DNA of 64,000 nucleotides from Octopus vulgaris. Taxonomy: Eukaryota. The translations under genes and the position numbers were made by a program. The stretch is from the NCBI GenBank assembly GCA_951406725.2, contig OX597826.1, positions 17,112,001 through 17,176,000 of the forward strand, read 5' to 3'. The notes under the pieces were generated by a model. The model did no database searches. It saw only the letters and a list, made by a program, of their open reading frames with translations, and was not told where the DNA came from. Each line of letters opens with the position of its first letter. Position 1 is the first letter of the stretch. Below, one piece after another: positions 27,130 to 42,053 of the stretch.

Positions 27130-27546
27130 GATATTATTGTTTATAATAATAATCGTGGCTTAGCATGCGTAAAAATCCCGGAAAGGAAAAAATTCTAAGC
27201 CACTGATATTATAATAAATAATAATATCCTCACGTATATTTACACAATTTTTATTCACTTCGATAACCTTTTTAAATTTGCTGCAGCATTAAAAACGGTT
27301 ATCGCACACATTGGTTGAGATGAAAAACTCTCCTGCCCCGGGGTAAGTAAGACACGCTGTAGATGAACGAAGAATATTTCTCAAAGTTCGAAATCACGCT
27401 GATACGGATATGTCTGACTTTTTTAATTTTCTATTATTTTCGTCATTGGTACAGAGACTTGGGGTTTTGTTAATTTGCCCGATTTCACCTTTGTCTTTAA
27501 GTGAAAACTTGTCGTTTGGTCATTTTGTCTGATATGTTAGCGTGCC

Positions 27547-27768
27547 GGAGCTGGCAGAATCGTTAGCACGCCGGGCGAAATGCGTAGCCGTATTTCGTCT
27601 GCCGTTACATTCTGAGTTCAAATTTCGCCGAGGTCAACTTTGCCTTTCATCCTTTCGGGGTCGATAAATTAAGTACCAGTTACGCAGTGGGGTCGATATA
27701 TTCGACTTAATCCGTTTGTCTGTCCTTGTTTGTCCTCTGTGTTTAACCCCTTGTGGGTAGTAAAGAAA
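27547..27768 (+). mobile_element. tRNA-derived SINE family A
   Basis: gagctggcagaatcgttagcacgccgggcgaaatg...gcctttcatcctttcggggtcgataaa. Confidence 0.88.
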
Positions 27769-28741
27769 TTGGCACTGCTTGTTAGGGATCTAGGACAATG
27801 CACTGTAAGGCATTTCGCCGTGGGACAATTGACTGTAGTACTATTCACCCTAAGACAATTCATCGTACGACTAATTAAAAACAGTAGAACTATTTTTAAC
27901 ATTTCGAATTTGAAAAGAAAAGGGGCGAGCGATAAAAGAGCTAATGAAGGAACATATATTGGACTGTTTCAGGTACGATTGATAACAGCTGAGGTCGAAA
28001 ATAACCGCATACGACAGAGAAGACAGAGGGTTCGAGAGACACAATTGCAACAAAATATACTTCATGTATACATCTTTTTTTTTTTGTTAGTATACGTGTG
28101 TCTTAATTCGTAGATGCGTGTATGTGTGTTCGTTTATGTGTGGGATTTGTTAGGCAGTACACAAATTATGTGTGCAAATTTTGTGTGTGAATTGAAGTAT
28201 GCGAGTATATGCGTGAAAGTGCCCATCTACTATAAGGGCGGAAGGGTAATTTTCTTTCAATGTTAGGTTGCGCAATGACGATACTGTATGTATGGACTAG
28301 TACGTATGGATGTATGTGCATGTGTATACATATGTATGTTTGTGTCAGTGTGTTAGCTGTCTCAATGGGTGTTATGTAGTGATGTCATGAGAACATTGCA
28401 TGGTGCGTGTATGCTTACATTTCTTTGTTGACGAGAGCGTGCGTCTTTACCTGTTTTTGTCTTGTTAGTGTGGTTAATGTTCTGTCCTAATACGTGATAT
28501 TTCATTCTTGTATATTCGTGGAATTTCTGTGTGGAGTGTGTATGTATCACTGCGTGATTCGTGGAATTTGTGCGTTTGTGTGAGTCTGTATTTGTTTGAA
28601 TGATTAAAAGGTATTGATCAGGCCGACATTGTGATAGACAACACGTACACGACGTGTCGAGAAGTGTGATCAAAGTTTAAAGCACGATATTTCGAGACGG
28701 ATTTTTTTTTATTGCAATCCAGATGTGTGTGCACGCGTGGT

Positions 28742-28820
<79 letters not shown>

Positions 28821-28979
28821 TCTTTCAGTCTGTGCGTGTGTAAGAGAGAGAATATCTGTGAGAATGTGTGTTTTACTTGGTGAGTCCGCAGGCAGGGACA
28901 GAGCCCATGACCACCGCCGTCCCTCCGAGACTGGTGACATTCATGTCATTAATGTTCTATTGAACTAGTCAACAATTTC

Positions 28980-30800
28980 AGGAAGCCATCATCTGGGAGA
29001 AAATTCCGTGGGGATGATATCCTGAGGATGAGGTATTATGCATAGGGGTTAGTGTGAGAGAATGATGGGTTGAACGCACCAAGGGTGACGATAGGTGAAG
29101 GGAAGAGTAGATAAGAGATGAATTTATGAGACTAACCAGTTCTGAAGAGCAGGGCCAAAATATTAGCGATAGAAGCATAGAGACGGGAGATAAAGACAAC
29201 TGTACTCCAAAGACAAATGATGTACTGTCAGTGATGAGCGTTTTTGTAAATGATGGAGAGACACTCAGCCGGGTTACTTTCTTTGGTTGTGGTCCAAGAT
29301 AATTGTGTGCGTAGTAAACAACTGCGAACCTCTCTTGAGCCTTGTCGAGTGTCAGAAACAACAGTAGGTGCAATATCTTCCGGCCTTGATGTAAAGAACT
29401 AATGTTGGGCATTATCTATAAGAAGGATGTGGTCTCGCCAGGCGAAATTTATGGTGATAATGAGGCCAAGCATTACGACTGACTGTGTGAGATTTAGTTG
29501 AGTAACGCTGATGTTTAGAAGAAATATGGCTGGGTAGTGTCTTCTTGATATCATTAACACTTGTGATGTTTTTTCACAGGGCTGTCAACGTTTGGTTTTT
29601 GCAGTCTGGGTTGCGTATGATAAGGAAAAGTTAAGGAAGGGATAATGTCATTTGCATAACTGTGGACATTTCGTGATGAACCGGCAAGTAGATCGCTGAT
29701 GTACAGAGGGATCATGTTATAGAAGGAATACCAAACTTCACCAAAGATGTAGCAGAAATAATTCCATTAACACAAGCTGAAATTGTACAAAGCTGACGAA
29801 AGGGAAATGAGATAGGTAAAACACGTTGATGACAAGTTTTGATCGGGGATTTGCATGCCTGAAACGATCGAAAGTTTTGCTGAGATCTTGAGCAACATCA
29901 TTATTTTAGCAGAATTTCTCTAAAGTGAGAGCACATTAGTGAGTGATATAGAAAAATAGATCGCCAGTGGATCTGACCCTGAGGAAGTTCTTCTGGTAGT
30001 CATTGAAGAAAGAGATTCAAGATGACGGAGGATGTTATTGTAAAGTGCTTCCCTTATTTTGGAGAAATTAAAAGTTAGAACAATAGTGCAATAACTGGTT
30101 GCATCGAAGAGGTTGTCATTGTTTTGGGATGGGACAAACTAAGACGTCCGTCTAAATGTTAGTGTATATCCCTGTGGAGAGTGAAAGATTAGAGATTTTG
30201 GTGAGTGTAGGAACAGGTTTTGGGGTACAATATTTGAGAATACACGAAGGGATCCTGTCAAGGACTGTGACATTTGTGTGAAGTGGCTGGAAATATGTCC
30301 GAACTTGTCCTTTGTGTAGCAGACTGAGAGCTCATTGGTTAGAAAAAGAGAAAAAGAGACTCTGCAAACGATCGGCTGCAGTTTGGGAGGCAGAAGAGCT
30401 TGAGGAATGAAATCATCCTTTGCACATTCATTATTGACCTTGCAGGTATTACGCGGCTGGGACAACTTCAACTAATTTTCGGATGTGAATGAGAACTTCC
30501 AGATATTTCAGGCCTTGGTTGTAGCCTGAACAGCTGCTGCACAACTACGAGTGAACCACTCGGAGCAATAGAAATAATGCTTTTGTTGCGTGACGGACTG
30601 ACAGCTATAAGGATACTCACAAGCAGAGTTTTCGCTGTTTCTGAATAATTAAGACTGAAGCACGTGTACTGTCAGGTATAAGTGACATAAAACTGGGGAA
30701 ATTCCAACCAGTTAGCCGAACTTGGGTATTATGCGGGTATTTGAAAATATCCCACGGAGTGACGACTGTACCTTGCATAGTTACGGGCAAGGCATAACAC
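28980..30800 (-). mobile_element. Heavily decayed LINE RT region (Jockey/I-like)
   Basis: Minus-strand remnants NYCTIVLTFNFSK, FLRVRSTGDL and DLSKTFDRFRH (RT NYRPI, GFR..RSTGD and D.SKAFDRV.H motifs). Boundaries are approximate. Confidence 0.6.
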
Positions 30801-31638
30801 ATGTTGCCAGGGATACGGCGAATTCATGGGACTGCAGCTTGGTAGGATGTTAAAAGGTAGCAGAAGGGCTCAGCAGAGTCAAGAGTGCTTCTTACATTGA
30901 TGCTGAGTGGAGAAACCCTAGAAGATGAACGGCCAGGATCACCAAGCTCTATCTAGCGAGTAACTGCAGCGATGGCGAGAAAGAGTTATGGAAATCCGCA
31001 GAAGCAGACGACCTGATGTGGGATAAGTTCCGGAATAAGGCGGTGTGGAATAATATGTGATTGTATGTTGAGCAGTTGTGATGAGGCGTGACAATATGAC
31101 CCGACCGATGTAGTGACAGATTTGGTATAGTAGAGGTCAAGTTTTTAGATGAAGAAGAGGAATCAACTCTTAATAATCACTTCCACATCAGACGTTTCAC
31201 CGTGTGATGACTGAGAGGGCTATGAAGGAATTGTGACCCCTTACACTGGAAAGATTTCTTGGCAGTCTCCGGAGTTCGAGGCGCGATAGGGAAGTGGATG
31301 TTTTGTAGAAACGGAAGCTGAGCAAGAGTAACTAAAAGTCGTTGATGCTGAAATTCAGACAACTGAAGTGATAGAAAGTGAGAGTGGAGTGGAGTGCAAG
31401 ATTCAAGTGCACATAAAGAGCTGAACAAAAGAAAAATAAAGAATTACGTTTACACCAGATATTTCGCTAAGAAACCGCAGTCTCTGCTCCGTTACTACTG
31501 CACATCCTTATTGAGATGGATGGTGAGAGCATCATTTTCGTTTATTTTTTGCTTATAAATTATTTTACGAGTTTTTTACCTTTGCACTTGCTTTACTTTT
31601 ATAATCACCAACATAGCCATATTTTCTCTTACTTTCGT

Positions 31639-32000
<362 letters not shown>

Positions 32001-33024
32001 GCATAGCTTCGGCTAAATGGCATCAATTCATGGAGTATGTCGTGGATAGTTTCATTATGTTCAGTCATGCAACATAATCATTTCCATTGAATCTGTAACA
32101 CTCTGGGTTCAATATCTTGAATATTACTCATTGATTTAGAGCACGTGGTGTTAGGTGAATCGATTCCCGTTTAACAAAACAATAACGAATCAATGCCTGC
32201 ACAAATCTGAGACTTATATCATTATTGTTATCTAACCGCCCGTGATGCGTGTCATGTAAGGGAAGTTGTGAATGCATTACAACTTTGAACTTCTCACTCT
32301 AGGTCTTCGGTAAATTTACTCGATGTCAGAAAAACGAAGGTACATACATATATATACATACATACACACGCACGCACATACGCAGACCCACACACACACA
32401 CACACACTCATATATATTCTTCCACTTCATTAATAAATGCCTGACACTAGACCTCAGCATCCAAGGATAAAGAAGCCGAAATAATGTAATTATGCATTCT
32501 GTTCTCAACTTAGGAAAGAATTCAATGCTGCCAGTACCTGCTGGGTTTCTTCACAGGTCCCACCTACAACACTTGTATATATATATACGGTTGTGGTGAA
32601 AATGAAAGTGAAACTTGTAGTTCGCTGGTTATTAGTAAGTCAGTAAACGAAGACGACGATGACGACGAAGGGGGGCTGCGGCAGCGGCGGCTGCGGTTAT
32701 GACTACGATATAACATGACGATGATAATGCAGATGGAGGTGGCGGTGATGAGTCCTACGGCGAATCTGAATCATAACAGTAGTATGTTCTAGATAAATCT
32801 TGATGACAATATTATTAGATGATGCCGATCAACAACAACACAATGAGAATTATCATCATGTATATTCTAACCGTTTATCGTATATTTTCTTTCGGACGTG
32901 TAAGAGAGCAACACTCAAAATTTTATTAAAGCTATTTGTTTTAAATGGGAGTACGTAATTTTTTAGATTTCGCTGCAATTTTTAGGTGTAACAGCCGCAA
33001 AGAAACTGGCACATTGGTTGCAAT

Positions 33025-33545
<521 letters not shown>

Positions 33546-33548
33546 AAA

Positions 33549-33780
33549 ATTTCGAGTTCGATTCCAGGCAGTGGCCTGAACAATAATAATAATGACAACA
33601 TCGAAAAATGTTAGGAATGAGAACCCAGGTTCGAAATTTCCCCGAAGACACCTGATGAAGGCTGGAGGGTATATCAGCAGAAACGTTGTGTTATCAACAA
33701 ACAAGATGAGGACATATATCCGTCAATTGTAAATAATGTAAATAATGCACATAATTCCTCATCTCTTAAATATAGAACTG
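33549..33780 (+). mobile_element. Inverted copy of the same SINE-like element lacking the A box, with hammerhead motif 33647-33692
   Basis: Starts at the B box (cgagttcgattccaggcagtggcctgaa) and mirrors 33025-33495 without the expanded microsatellite. Confidence 0.8.
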
Positions 33781-34175
33781 TATTAGCAGCTTACCGAACA
33801 CCCCTAGTATCATTCAACACGGAAAAATATCCATTAGTATCTTAAATTGCCATGAGTATTCTACCGCACTGACTTAGGCAACAGGAGAGTAAGTGTTGTG
33901 AGGAGGTTGGTCAGTGGATGCCATCAAAACCACTATTTGAAAAGTATGTTAATTTACCGACCCCCAACAAAGGAAAGGAAAAGCTGATCTTAGCGGGATT
34001 TGAACGTAGATCATCAAAGGCAAGAACAAGTACTGCAATGCATTTTACGGCGCTCTAACGTGTCTCCCAGCTCGCTGCCTACATAGTGCCCAAATAAGGA
34101 TAAATTCTAACCGCAAGGTCACAATCCTTAGAGAAAAAGACACCTACTTAATTGACCTTTAATTATAAATAGCAC

Positions 34176-34303
34176 TCGCCGAGGTCGACTTTACTTTTCA
34201 TCCTTTCGGAGTCGATGAATTAAGTACCAGTTGCGCACTGGGGTCCATCTAATCGACTGACGCCTCCCCTAAATTTCAGGCCTTGTGCCTATAGTATAAA
34301 GGA
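34176..34303 (+). mobile_element. SINE family A fragment; an opposite-strand fragment lies at ~33950-34080
   Basis: cgccgaggtcgactttacttttcatcctttcggagtcgat. Confidence 0.75.
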
Positions 34304-34311
34304 TTATTATT

Positions 34312-34390
<79 letters not shown>

Positions 34391-34404
34391 TTATTGTTAT
34401 TATT

Positions 34405-36170
34405 ATATGTTTGATTTTTGCTTTGTATTTGTACAAGTTTACTCTAAATCTAACCCAGAGACCTCAAGAGACAACAAGCTAGAAATTCAATTTGGTGTTT
34501 ATGCCTAGGGTACCACATTCTTAGTTTAAGAAATCATAAGAAAATTATGTTTGTTTTAAAATTTGAAATTACATAGATAGTATTTTACATAGGATATGGG
34601 CTTTTGAATTTCGGCGACTTTGGAGTTTCCTGGTATCTGAGCTAGTTAGCAATCAACCCCTTTAGCTATAATTACTAGGGCACCTATGACAACAGGTATT
34701 GTTTTAGTTTTCAGGTTCCACATTTTGCCAATTTCTATTTCAAGATCTTTATACTTGCTCAGTTTTTAGTAGGTCTTGACAGATACATTTATGTCAACTG
34801 GAACAATAAAATCAATGAGGAAATATGATTTTTGCCTGAAGTCCTTCAATATAATGTCTGGCCTATATACGCATATAATGTCTGGCCTATTTTCTGTCAG
34901 TTTGAACGGTGAAGCTCCTGAGGAGTGAGATGTAATCATTTTCAAGAACTGCAGGGGATTTGTGTTCCCACCAGTTTTTTATCATGGGGCAGGTCCAGGT
35001 TCTTTTCAAATTACCCAGTGAATATATTGTGCTGCTCTATTATGCATGTTGAGATATTCTGTTGGCGCAAGCAGACTGAACATGGAGACAACATTATCAA
35101 TGGTTTCATTTTGTCGTTTACATACACGACATGTAGAGCTACTACTGTTCTTTAATACGTTGGCCTGGTATCTCCTTGTCGGTAGGGATTCATCTTGGGC
35201 TGCCATAATAAGTCCTTCTGCTTCTGATTTTAAACCAGAAGACACTAACCATAGATGGGCAGGGGCTTCGTCATCATCGGCACTATTACCTCTCTTTGAG
35301 TATTTTCCACTGCGAGGATTGTTTTACCATTTATCAGTAAGAATATCTAAGGCAGCACTTTTAGCACAGGTTTTCATACGCTTAGCCTTTTCTGTGCTTG
35401 CTTCTAGTACGTCTAATTCTGGGATTTGTTGTATTTAGAATTGACTTAGACATTTCTTTGCCTGTTTTGTTATTTAGTATGATGTTTTCTTGTTTTCGTG
35501 CTTTAAGTTTTAACATCCAGTCATCAGAGCTTTTCAGGTAGGTATTTAGGCCAGTTGTGATAATCTTCATTCCTAATTCCTGTTGCAAAAGTCCACGGTC
35601 ACCCTCATTTTCTTGACAAGTAAAATCTTCTATATCTGCATTCTATGCATTGTCAACAATTTTCGTATTTTCCTATCAACATTATATCTTTCAGTAATTG
35701 ACTAGTTAATGATATTGAAACATATAAATCACGACTGATGTGGCTAAAGTATTAATCGCTTCGATCATGTTTCTGATATTCAGCTCTGTCCTGATATTGC
35801 GCTTACCTTGCGATAACATTCTTTCCTTATCCTTTCCCTCATCATTGAATGTTTGATTGTATCACCTTTAAATGCCTCTAGGTATTTGTAGCTTTATGAC
35901 ATTCTGTTGGTCAAGATTAACGTTGGATGTTTCGATCACTTTTTCTTTGATAAAGGTAACTTTTGCACATTTATCGAGGCCTAATTGCACCCTGATGTCC
36001 TCACTGAATTATTTAACAATTGCTAATAAGCCCTGTAGTTGTTGATCATTTTTTGCAAAGACCTTTAAATCATCCATGTAAAAGAGATTATTTCTACTTT
36101 TATCAAATATTTTATAGCCATATTGTACATCATCGAACAATTTCGAGAGAAGTATTACGGCTAGACAAAA
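34405..36170 (-). mobile_element. Decayed Dong/R4-like non-LTR retrotransposon (third subfamily)
   Basis: FYMDDLKVFAK, FGLDKCAK-like, SSGLKSEAEGLIMAAQD, CRVC...ETIDNV, HNRAAQYIHW, RPDIILKD and IPVVIGAL. The 3' end abuts (TAA)n. Confidence 0.9.
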
Positions 36171-36199
36171 AAGAACTGTATCAGTGCTTTTTTATTATT

Positions 36200-36600
36200 C
36201 TTTTCAGTTTATCCTATATTTTATTGGGGCTCCTCGAATTTTGCATTCGCTCTTTTCAACTATCTAATACTTTCCTGATTATTCTGGCTGTGTCAAGGAG
36301 CCAAACCCTTTGTAACAATTCTACTAGGCACCTATTCCAATTTTATTTATATTTCCCTTGATGCCTTCTGATACGGTTCACAAGGACTCAACAATAATCG
36401 GCATTATCTTCACCTCCTTCATTTTCCATAGCCGGACTATTTTATACTCAAGAGAGTTGTATCTGTCTATATTTTCGCCTTCCTCCTTGACTATTCGTGG
36501 GTCAAAGGGGCATGCAATATCAACTATATAGCATATGTTGTGCACCTTGTCCACCACCACAAGATCGTGTCTCTTATGCTCTAGTACTTGGCCTATTTGG
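36200..36600 (-). mobile_element. RLE endonuclease 3' fragment of a Dong/R4-like element
   Basis: RHDLVVVDK...YIVDIACPFD...IMPIIVESL...LLQRVWLLDTARIIRKVL. Confidence 0.8.
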
Positions 36601-36654
36601 ATTCATAAATCCTTGGACCCCATTCGGTCCTGGGCTCTTCAAATTTGAGGATTA

Positions 36655-37040
36655 TATACGAAGCCAAGTATGCCCACCATGACTACCCGTCTGATAAGTG
36701 TACACCAGGTACATGCATCACAACCAAATGTGCACGACATGGTGATCTCATATCAAGACAAATAGCGCATTAACTTGCAGCTGGGGCTCAGTTTGTATAG
36801 CCCATCCCGCTCAAAAGATCCCTGAATAAAGGTTGTTAAATGATGATGAACAAAACACCCATATTCTCAGAGAAGAATTATTCATACCCTAAAAATGCTC
36901 CCCCACTACTCCTGCTCGTGATCAGAGATGCATAAAGTGTCTGCCAGTAAGGGACATGCTCAACTGGTTATGGTCAAGTGGCTGACAAGCTCGTCTCTGG
37001 TATTGAGCAGATTGCTTACTGCCGCCCATCTTTTTACAGA
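36655..37040. repeat. Repeat family C copy
   Basis: atatacgaagccaagtatgccc...catggtgatctcatatcaag...cccatcccgctcaaaag matches 49441-49970. Confidence 0.8.
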
Positions 37041-37083
37041 AAGTCCTCGACTTCCAGGCCAGATTCCAAAACTGGCAGGAAAT

Positions 37084-37205
37084 CTGGGACCAGTGTATTG
37101 CTGCGCAAGGTGCTTATTTCGAAGGAGATGATGTTAAAACTTAGGTAATTAAATTATTTTTTATTAAACATAACTAGTCCGGGAACCTTTTGATACCATC
37201 TCGTA
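37084..37205 (+). mobile_element. Mariner 3'-end fragment
   Basis: WDQCIAAQGAYFEGD (mariner C-terminal motif) followed by TIR-like ccgggaaccttttgataccatctcgta. Confidence 0.7.
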
Positions 37206-37330
37206 CATTTGATCATTATAAACAAATCGTTTGTGCAGGTTGTTCAGCAAGAAGCTGAACACTTATATGTTGTCTTGGACAGTAGAGTTCATCTTTCCCC
37301 CTCTCCTCCTCCTCCTCCTCCTCCTCCTCC

Positions 37331-37383
<53 letters not shown>

Positions 37384-37428
37384 GTCATCGTCATCATCAT
37401 CGTCATTATTATTTTGATTGTTGTTTTT

Positions 37429-37630
37429 AAGGCGGCATGCTAGCAGAATTGTTAGCACACCGAGCAAAATGCTTAGTAGCATTTCGTTCGTCTGAGTTCG
37501 AATTCTGCCGAGGTTGATTTGCCTTTCATCCTTTCGGGGTCAAGAAAATAAGTACAAACCAAGCACTGGAAGTCGATATGATTGAGTAGCCTCCACCTCT
37601 ACCCGCATTTTCAGGACTTATGTCTACAAT
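37429..37630 (+). mobile_element. tRNA-derived SINE family A
   Basis: aggcggcatgctagcagaattgttagcac...gcctttcatcctttcggggtc. Confidence 0.8.
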
Positions 37631-40104
37631 CGAAGAGCCTATTATGTTTTACTGTGGAGCTGAATTAGAATCAATCTTCCCTTTGAGAAGAATATTTCAA
37701 GATATGTACATAATATTATTTAAAAGGAAAAACACTTTCCTGCATCTGCAAGGTTTATTATTTGGTGAAGATCATATTCTGTTAGTGAGAAATTTTAAAA
37801 ATAGAATACACTTGAATCTTTCCAATGAATTATTGTCAGGTATTTCTGATGCTCTCTGAATGATTTCGCGTTTTATGATCCCCTCAAAGCAACACTAAAT
37901 ATGTTTTGACACACACTTTTTATTTCTCACTTATCAGAGTGGATCGGACCACTTTACTTCCCAAACATCTTAATAAAAGAGCCTAATATGTATAAATGTT
38001 TTCATAATGTCTTTCACTGTATGAAAGCTGCAATTGGCTGCTCACAATAGAGGATTCGTTTGCCGGCAACAAAAGCCAATACTATTTGCCTCATGGGTGG
38101 AAGCCATAATACTTAAGCAACAAAAGACGGTCTCTTCACATAGAAAGAAGTTTATGGGAACTAAACTTTGTGGCCGTCGATTAATAAATGAAAATTAGCG
38201 TTATGATTCATCACATGCCTAGCGGCATCTAAATTACGTTTGATGATGCAACAAATGCCTTTATTTCAGGATGCTTTCAATTGTCAGTCGTTAATGAAAG
38301 CTATATTCTAGGCACTCTAGTAATCTACAAAATGGGAGTAGTTTTACAATAAAAGGATGACGCAGACTTCCAAAATTTTGATGTTGACACCAATGATGTG
38401 CCATTATAGTGTCCTCTGATGCATTGTGTGCATGTGCTGGTATGTAATATCCTGCTGATGTAAGTCTAGCCATAAATATGTGTCTGACAAAATGTATTAA
38501 TGCATGACTACGATTGTGACGATGTGAAGGTGCTCTATTCTGTTATAAAATGTTATTGAAGAGACATTACTTGAAATGGTAATGGTAATGTAAAATTAAA
38601 CGTTTTGTTTAGAATCTAGTTTATGTATAAAATTATAGCTAACAACATATATTAACAGATAAACCATCATAATTCTCTATCTTTTGTACTGTATCATATT
38701 CTTGATGAGCTTTATATATATCCATATTACGCTTTTTATATGTATGAATTTGGGGACGAACCACATTGCAAACGCCATAAACACAAATAATCATTTCGCA
38801 TTTTTCTTCTTTACAGAAATATCTCATTTATCTCAGCAAGATCATTTGTATAGTTATGAGCACATGCGACTTTCGCGTCTATTATTTTGTGTGTAGAATT
38901 TCAAATGTTAGGAGTTAGCCAATTTTGTTGAGTGACTACACATACTCAACTAAGTTGAGTGTAGATATTCGGTGTAGTTTTGTAAATCAGTTTGTGTGTG
39001 TGCCTGAGTGCGTAAGTGCGTGCTTGTGGTGAGGAGTGTGTCTGTGTGTTCGTGTATATGTAATATGAAATGTTTGTTGTGACTTCGTAGGTTGATTGTG
39101 TAAGGGTTGCAAGATTGTATGTGAATGTGTGTATGCATGAACAAATGTATCTTTGTTAAATGTGGGGAGTAACTTAATGTGTATGTACCTTTCACTGCGC
39201 GTATTTTGTTGATGCGTGAATAGCATAAAACCCTTGCGTACACATGTGCGTGTAAATTTGTTGCGAGTGGCGAGTGTAGTAGAAAAATGTTGGTGCATGA
39301 GAATGGTGTGACTGGTAACTTGAGAGTGAAAGAGTTATAAGTTCGGAGAGAGAATATAAATTGCTGCGCTCGGCAAAGCCTAGAGCATGCAGATCCGGTG
39401 TGTAAAACCAAGCTAAGCACAGATAGAGGATATTTTGAGTAGTCCATAGAGCAGAACTAGTAAGCCTGCCTAATATCCGTGGAGATGCTCCATGAACTGT
39501 TTAGTCAAACGGAAGCAGGTTTTTTTACATTTATAGTGCATTGCAAACTGAAATACGGAAATTGCAGGGTGCTAGTAGCAAGTAAGAAAGATGGTGCTGG
39601 TGGGGAATGGACGGGTATGGAAACGTTGCCACGAACAGGAGATGGACCAGGATTACTACGAAGAAGGAAAAAGCTAGTAGGCCACGGAGGATGTGGGCAC
39701 GCTTGGAGACATAAAGGGGCGGGTTAATTCAGAGGTAGTAGTGTTCAGCAGTGTCAGAAAGGAAGGAGGTGGGAATGAGTAACATCATAGGGTGGAAAGA
39801 CTGAATAACATCATAAAGTAGAGGAAGGGTGAGCAAAATCACTTGGAATACGGCGGGTGTTTGGTAAGAAGGCAAAAAGTTTCACATCTTGCACTTGGTT
39901 AGGGTTAACAGTGCTAAATGAATAGATGTACTGTGCCTCTGAGTTGTGTTCGCAGATGCGCTGGCGACAGAGCCGGAGAATTGTGTGTGTGTGTGTGTGT
40001 GGCAAGATTGATAGGTGCGCATTAATAGCTGCAGCAGTGACACCTATCCCACTATGCCATTTGATTTTAATTGATATATACACACATACATACATACATA
40101 CATA

Positions 40105-40204
<100 letters not shown>

Positions 40205-40599
40205 TATATGCACTCTATGCAACGTATATCAAGAAAAGTGTGTTAAAATAAATCTATTGACAGCTTGCAAACTATAAATGCCAATAACTGATAAATGATA
40301 TTACTTATGAAGAATAGCTGAGATAGAATTACGGAAATGTAAACAGTCTTCGACGAAAGAACATATTTAAATGGAGTTATTGATAAAATACCTCAACTGG
40401 TATATAAACATCTGTGCACATACGTTTGTATGCACGTGTTTAAATATGTGCATGTGTATATGTTTTGGGTATTGATGGCATAGGCATTTTATAAGCTTTC
40501 GAGAGAAGGTGAATTCATTCCTTTTTGGAATATCTCGAATTACACATATGAAGCTATAAATGTATCATGCAAATATTGGATAGAAAAAATCCTTTTGGA

Positions 40600-41362
40600 T
40601 AGACGCTGTCGACTGTTTCAGTATTTTTCAAACAGTATTTTCTTAAGCTGCTAGAGCGTTTTCATAAAAAATACTTGAAATGAATACTCAACATCAAGTG
40701 GCAAAGTCAAACATCTGACACAGAAGTTTTAGAAAAGGCAGGATGCACAAGCAGCCAGTTATTTATCCTATTTATCCGAATGCTTTGACAGGATCGTGCT
40801 GTGTGCATTTGGAGGATAATGGGGTTCTGAAATAGTTGTTCAGCGGTGAGCTGTGCAATAGAAAGGGTCCTGTGCACAAAATGCATAAAAGACAATCTGA
40901 AGTAACTGCAGAATGGTAAAAGCGTATTAGGCAAGAGGGGCGTCTTCAGCTCGAAAACATTCAGCGCAGGTGTCAGAGAACATAAAGCGTTGGAGGTATG
41001 AAAAGTGAGCCTGGTTATGTCAGCCAACCGAAACCCATGAAAGGTCAACTCTATGCAATGCCTTTCTCCTAGACCGAGGTATGTAGCGTGTGAAAATGCT
41101 TGCAAGTCGATTTCAAGTCTGAAGATATAATAGTTCGCAGATCATATCTAGATCATATGCTAGATCATATCTAGCAACTTGGTCCGATCAATCCAGTGGA
41201 AATTACAACTTTCGTTTGTCATCTATGCTTTAAAGCACATAGATTTGCAGTGATACTGCATAAGCATGGGAGAGTTCATTGACGGAATATCTGAAATGTC
41301 ACTGACAAGGTGGAATCTCAGAGAGACAACAATCGTCTGTGAAGGTGGAGCAATCATCATGT
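40600..41362 (+). mobile_element. Decayed RTE-clade LINE 3' region
   Basis: LLERFHKKYLK*ILNIKWQSQTSDTEVLEKAG...K*LFSGEL and a terminal C2H2-like FVCHLC. Confidence 0.7.
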
Positions 41363-41699
41363 GTATCTACTCTTCAAACGGCCGCAACCGAAATGCATCT
41401 CCCAATGTTGCACCAGGAATTTTTGTTATCCTCAAATTTCATATCGAATGTCTGTATCAATAACGTTCGATGTATTGTAGGACTCATCGTCCTACAATAG
41501 TCTGCAGAAACTTCCGAAGTATATTGAGATTTCCACTTCTAATATTTCTATCACGAAGCAGTCGCCAGCAAAGTCTATTAAGTGTTGCGGAGTAAGATAG
41601 GAAGGAATGGAATCTGCCCGTAAATCTCATTTGTGTATTTGTGCCGACGCACAGAGATATTTTGTGTTCTAATGGGAATTCTAGTTTATATATATATAT

Positions 41700-41989
41700 A
41701 TCATCATTGTTCGACCGTGGTCGAGACAATGGAATTTACTATGCTACGCCAGACTTCACGGTCCATCATAGCATAACGAAGGTCCTGTTGCTTGATGCCT
41801 GTATCCCTGGAGATTACATCAGGATAGGAGAGTGTGCGCCCTCTAGTATCGCGAGTAGATGGCTACCAGAGGAGAAGAGTAAAAATTGCCTCGTTTCCAG
41901 CTCTACAACAATGTCCAGCAAACTGGACTCTCCTATCTTTCACAAGAGATGATACAGGTGGTAGTTTCCTATATATTTGTACTTTAGTT

Positions 41990-41992
<3 letters not shown>
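41700..41992 (-). mobile_element. RTE-clade LINE 3'-end fragment between TA tracts
   Basis: PTKVQIYRKLPPVSSLVKDRRVQFAGHCCR...GRTLSYPDVI...AMMDREVWRSIV. Confidence 0.8.
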
Positions 41993-42049
<57 letters not shown>

Positions 42050-42053
<4 letters not shown>

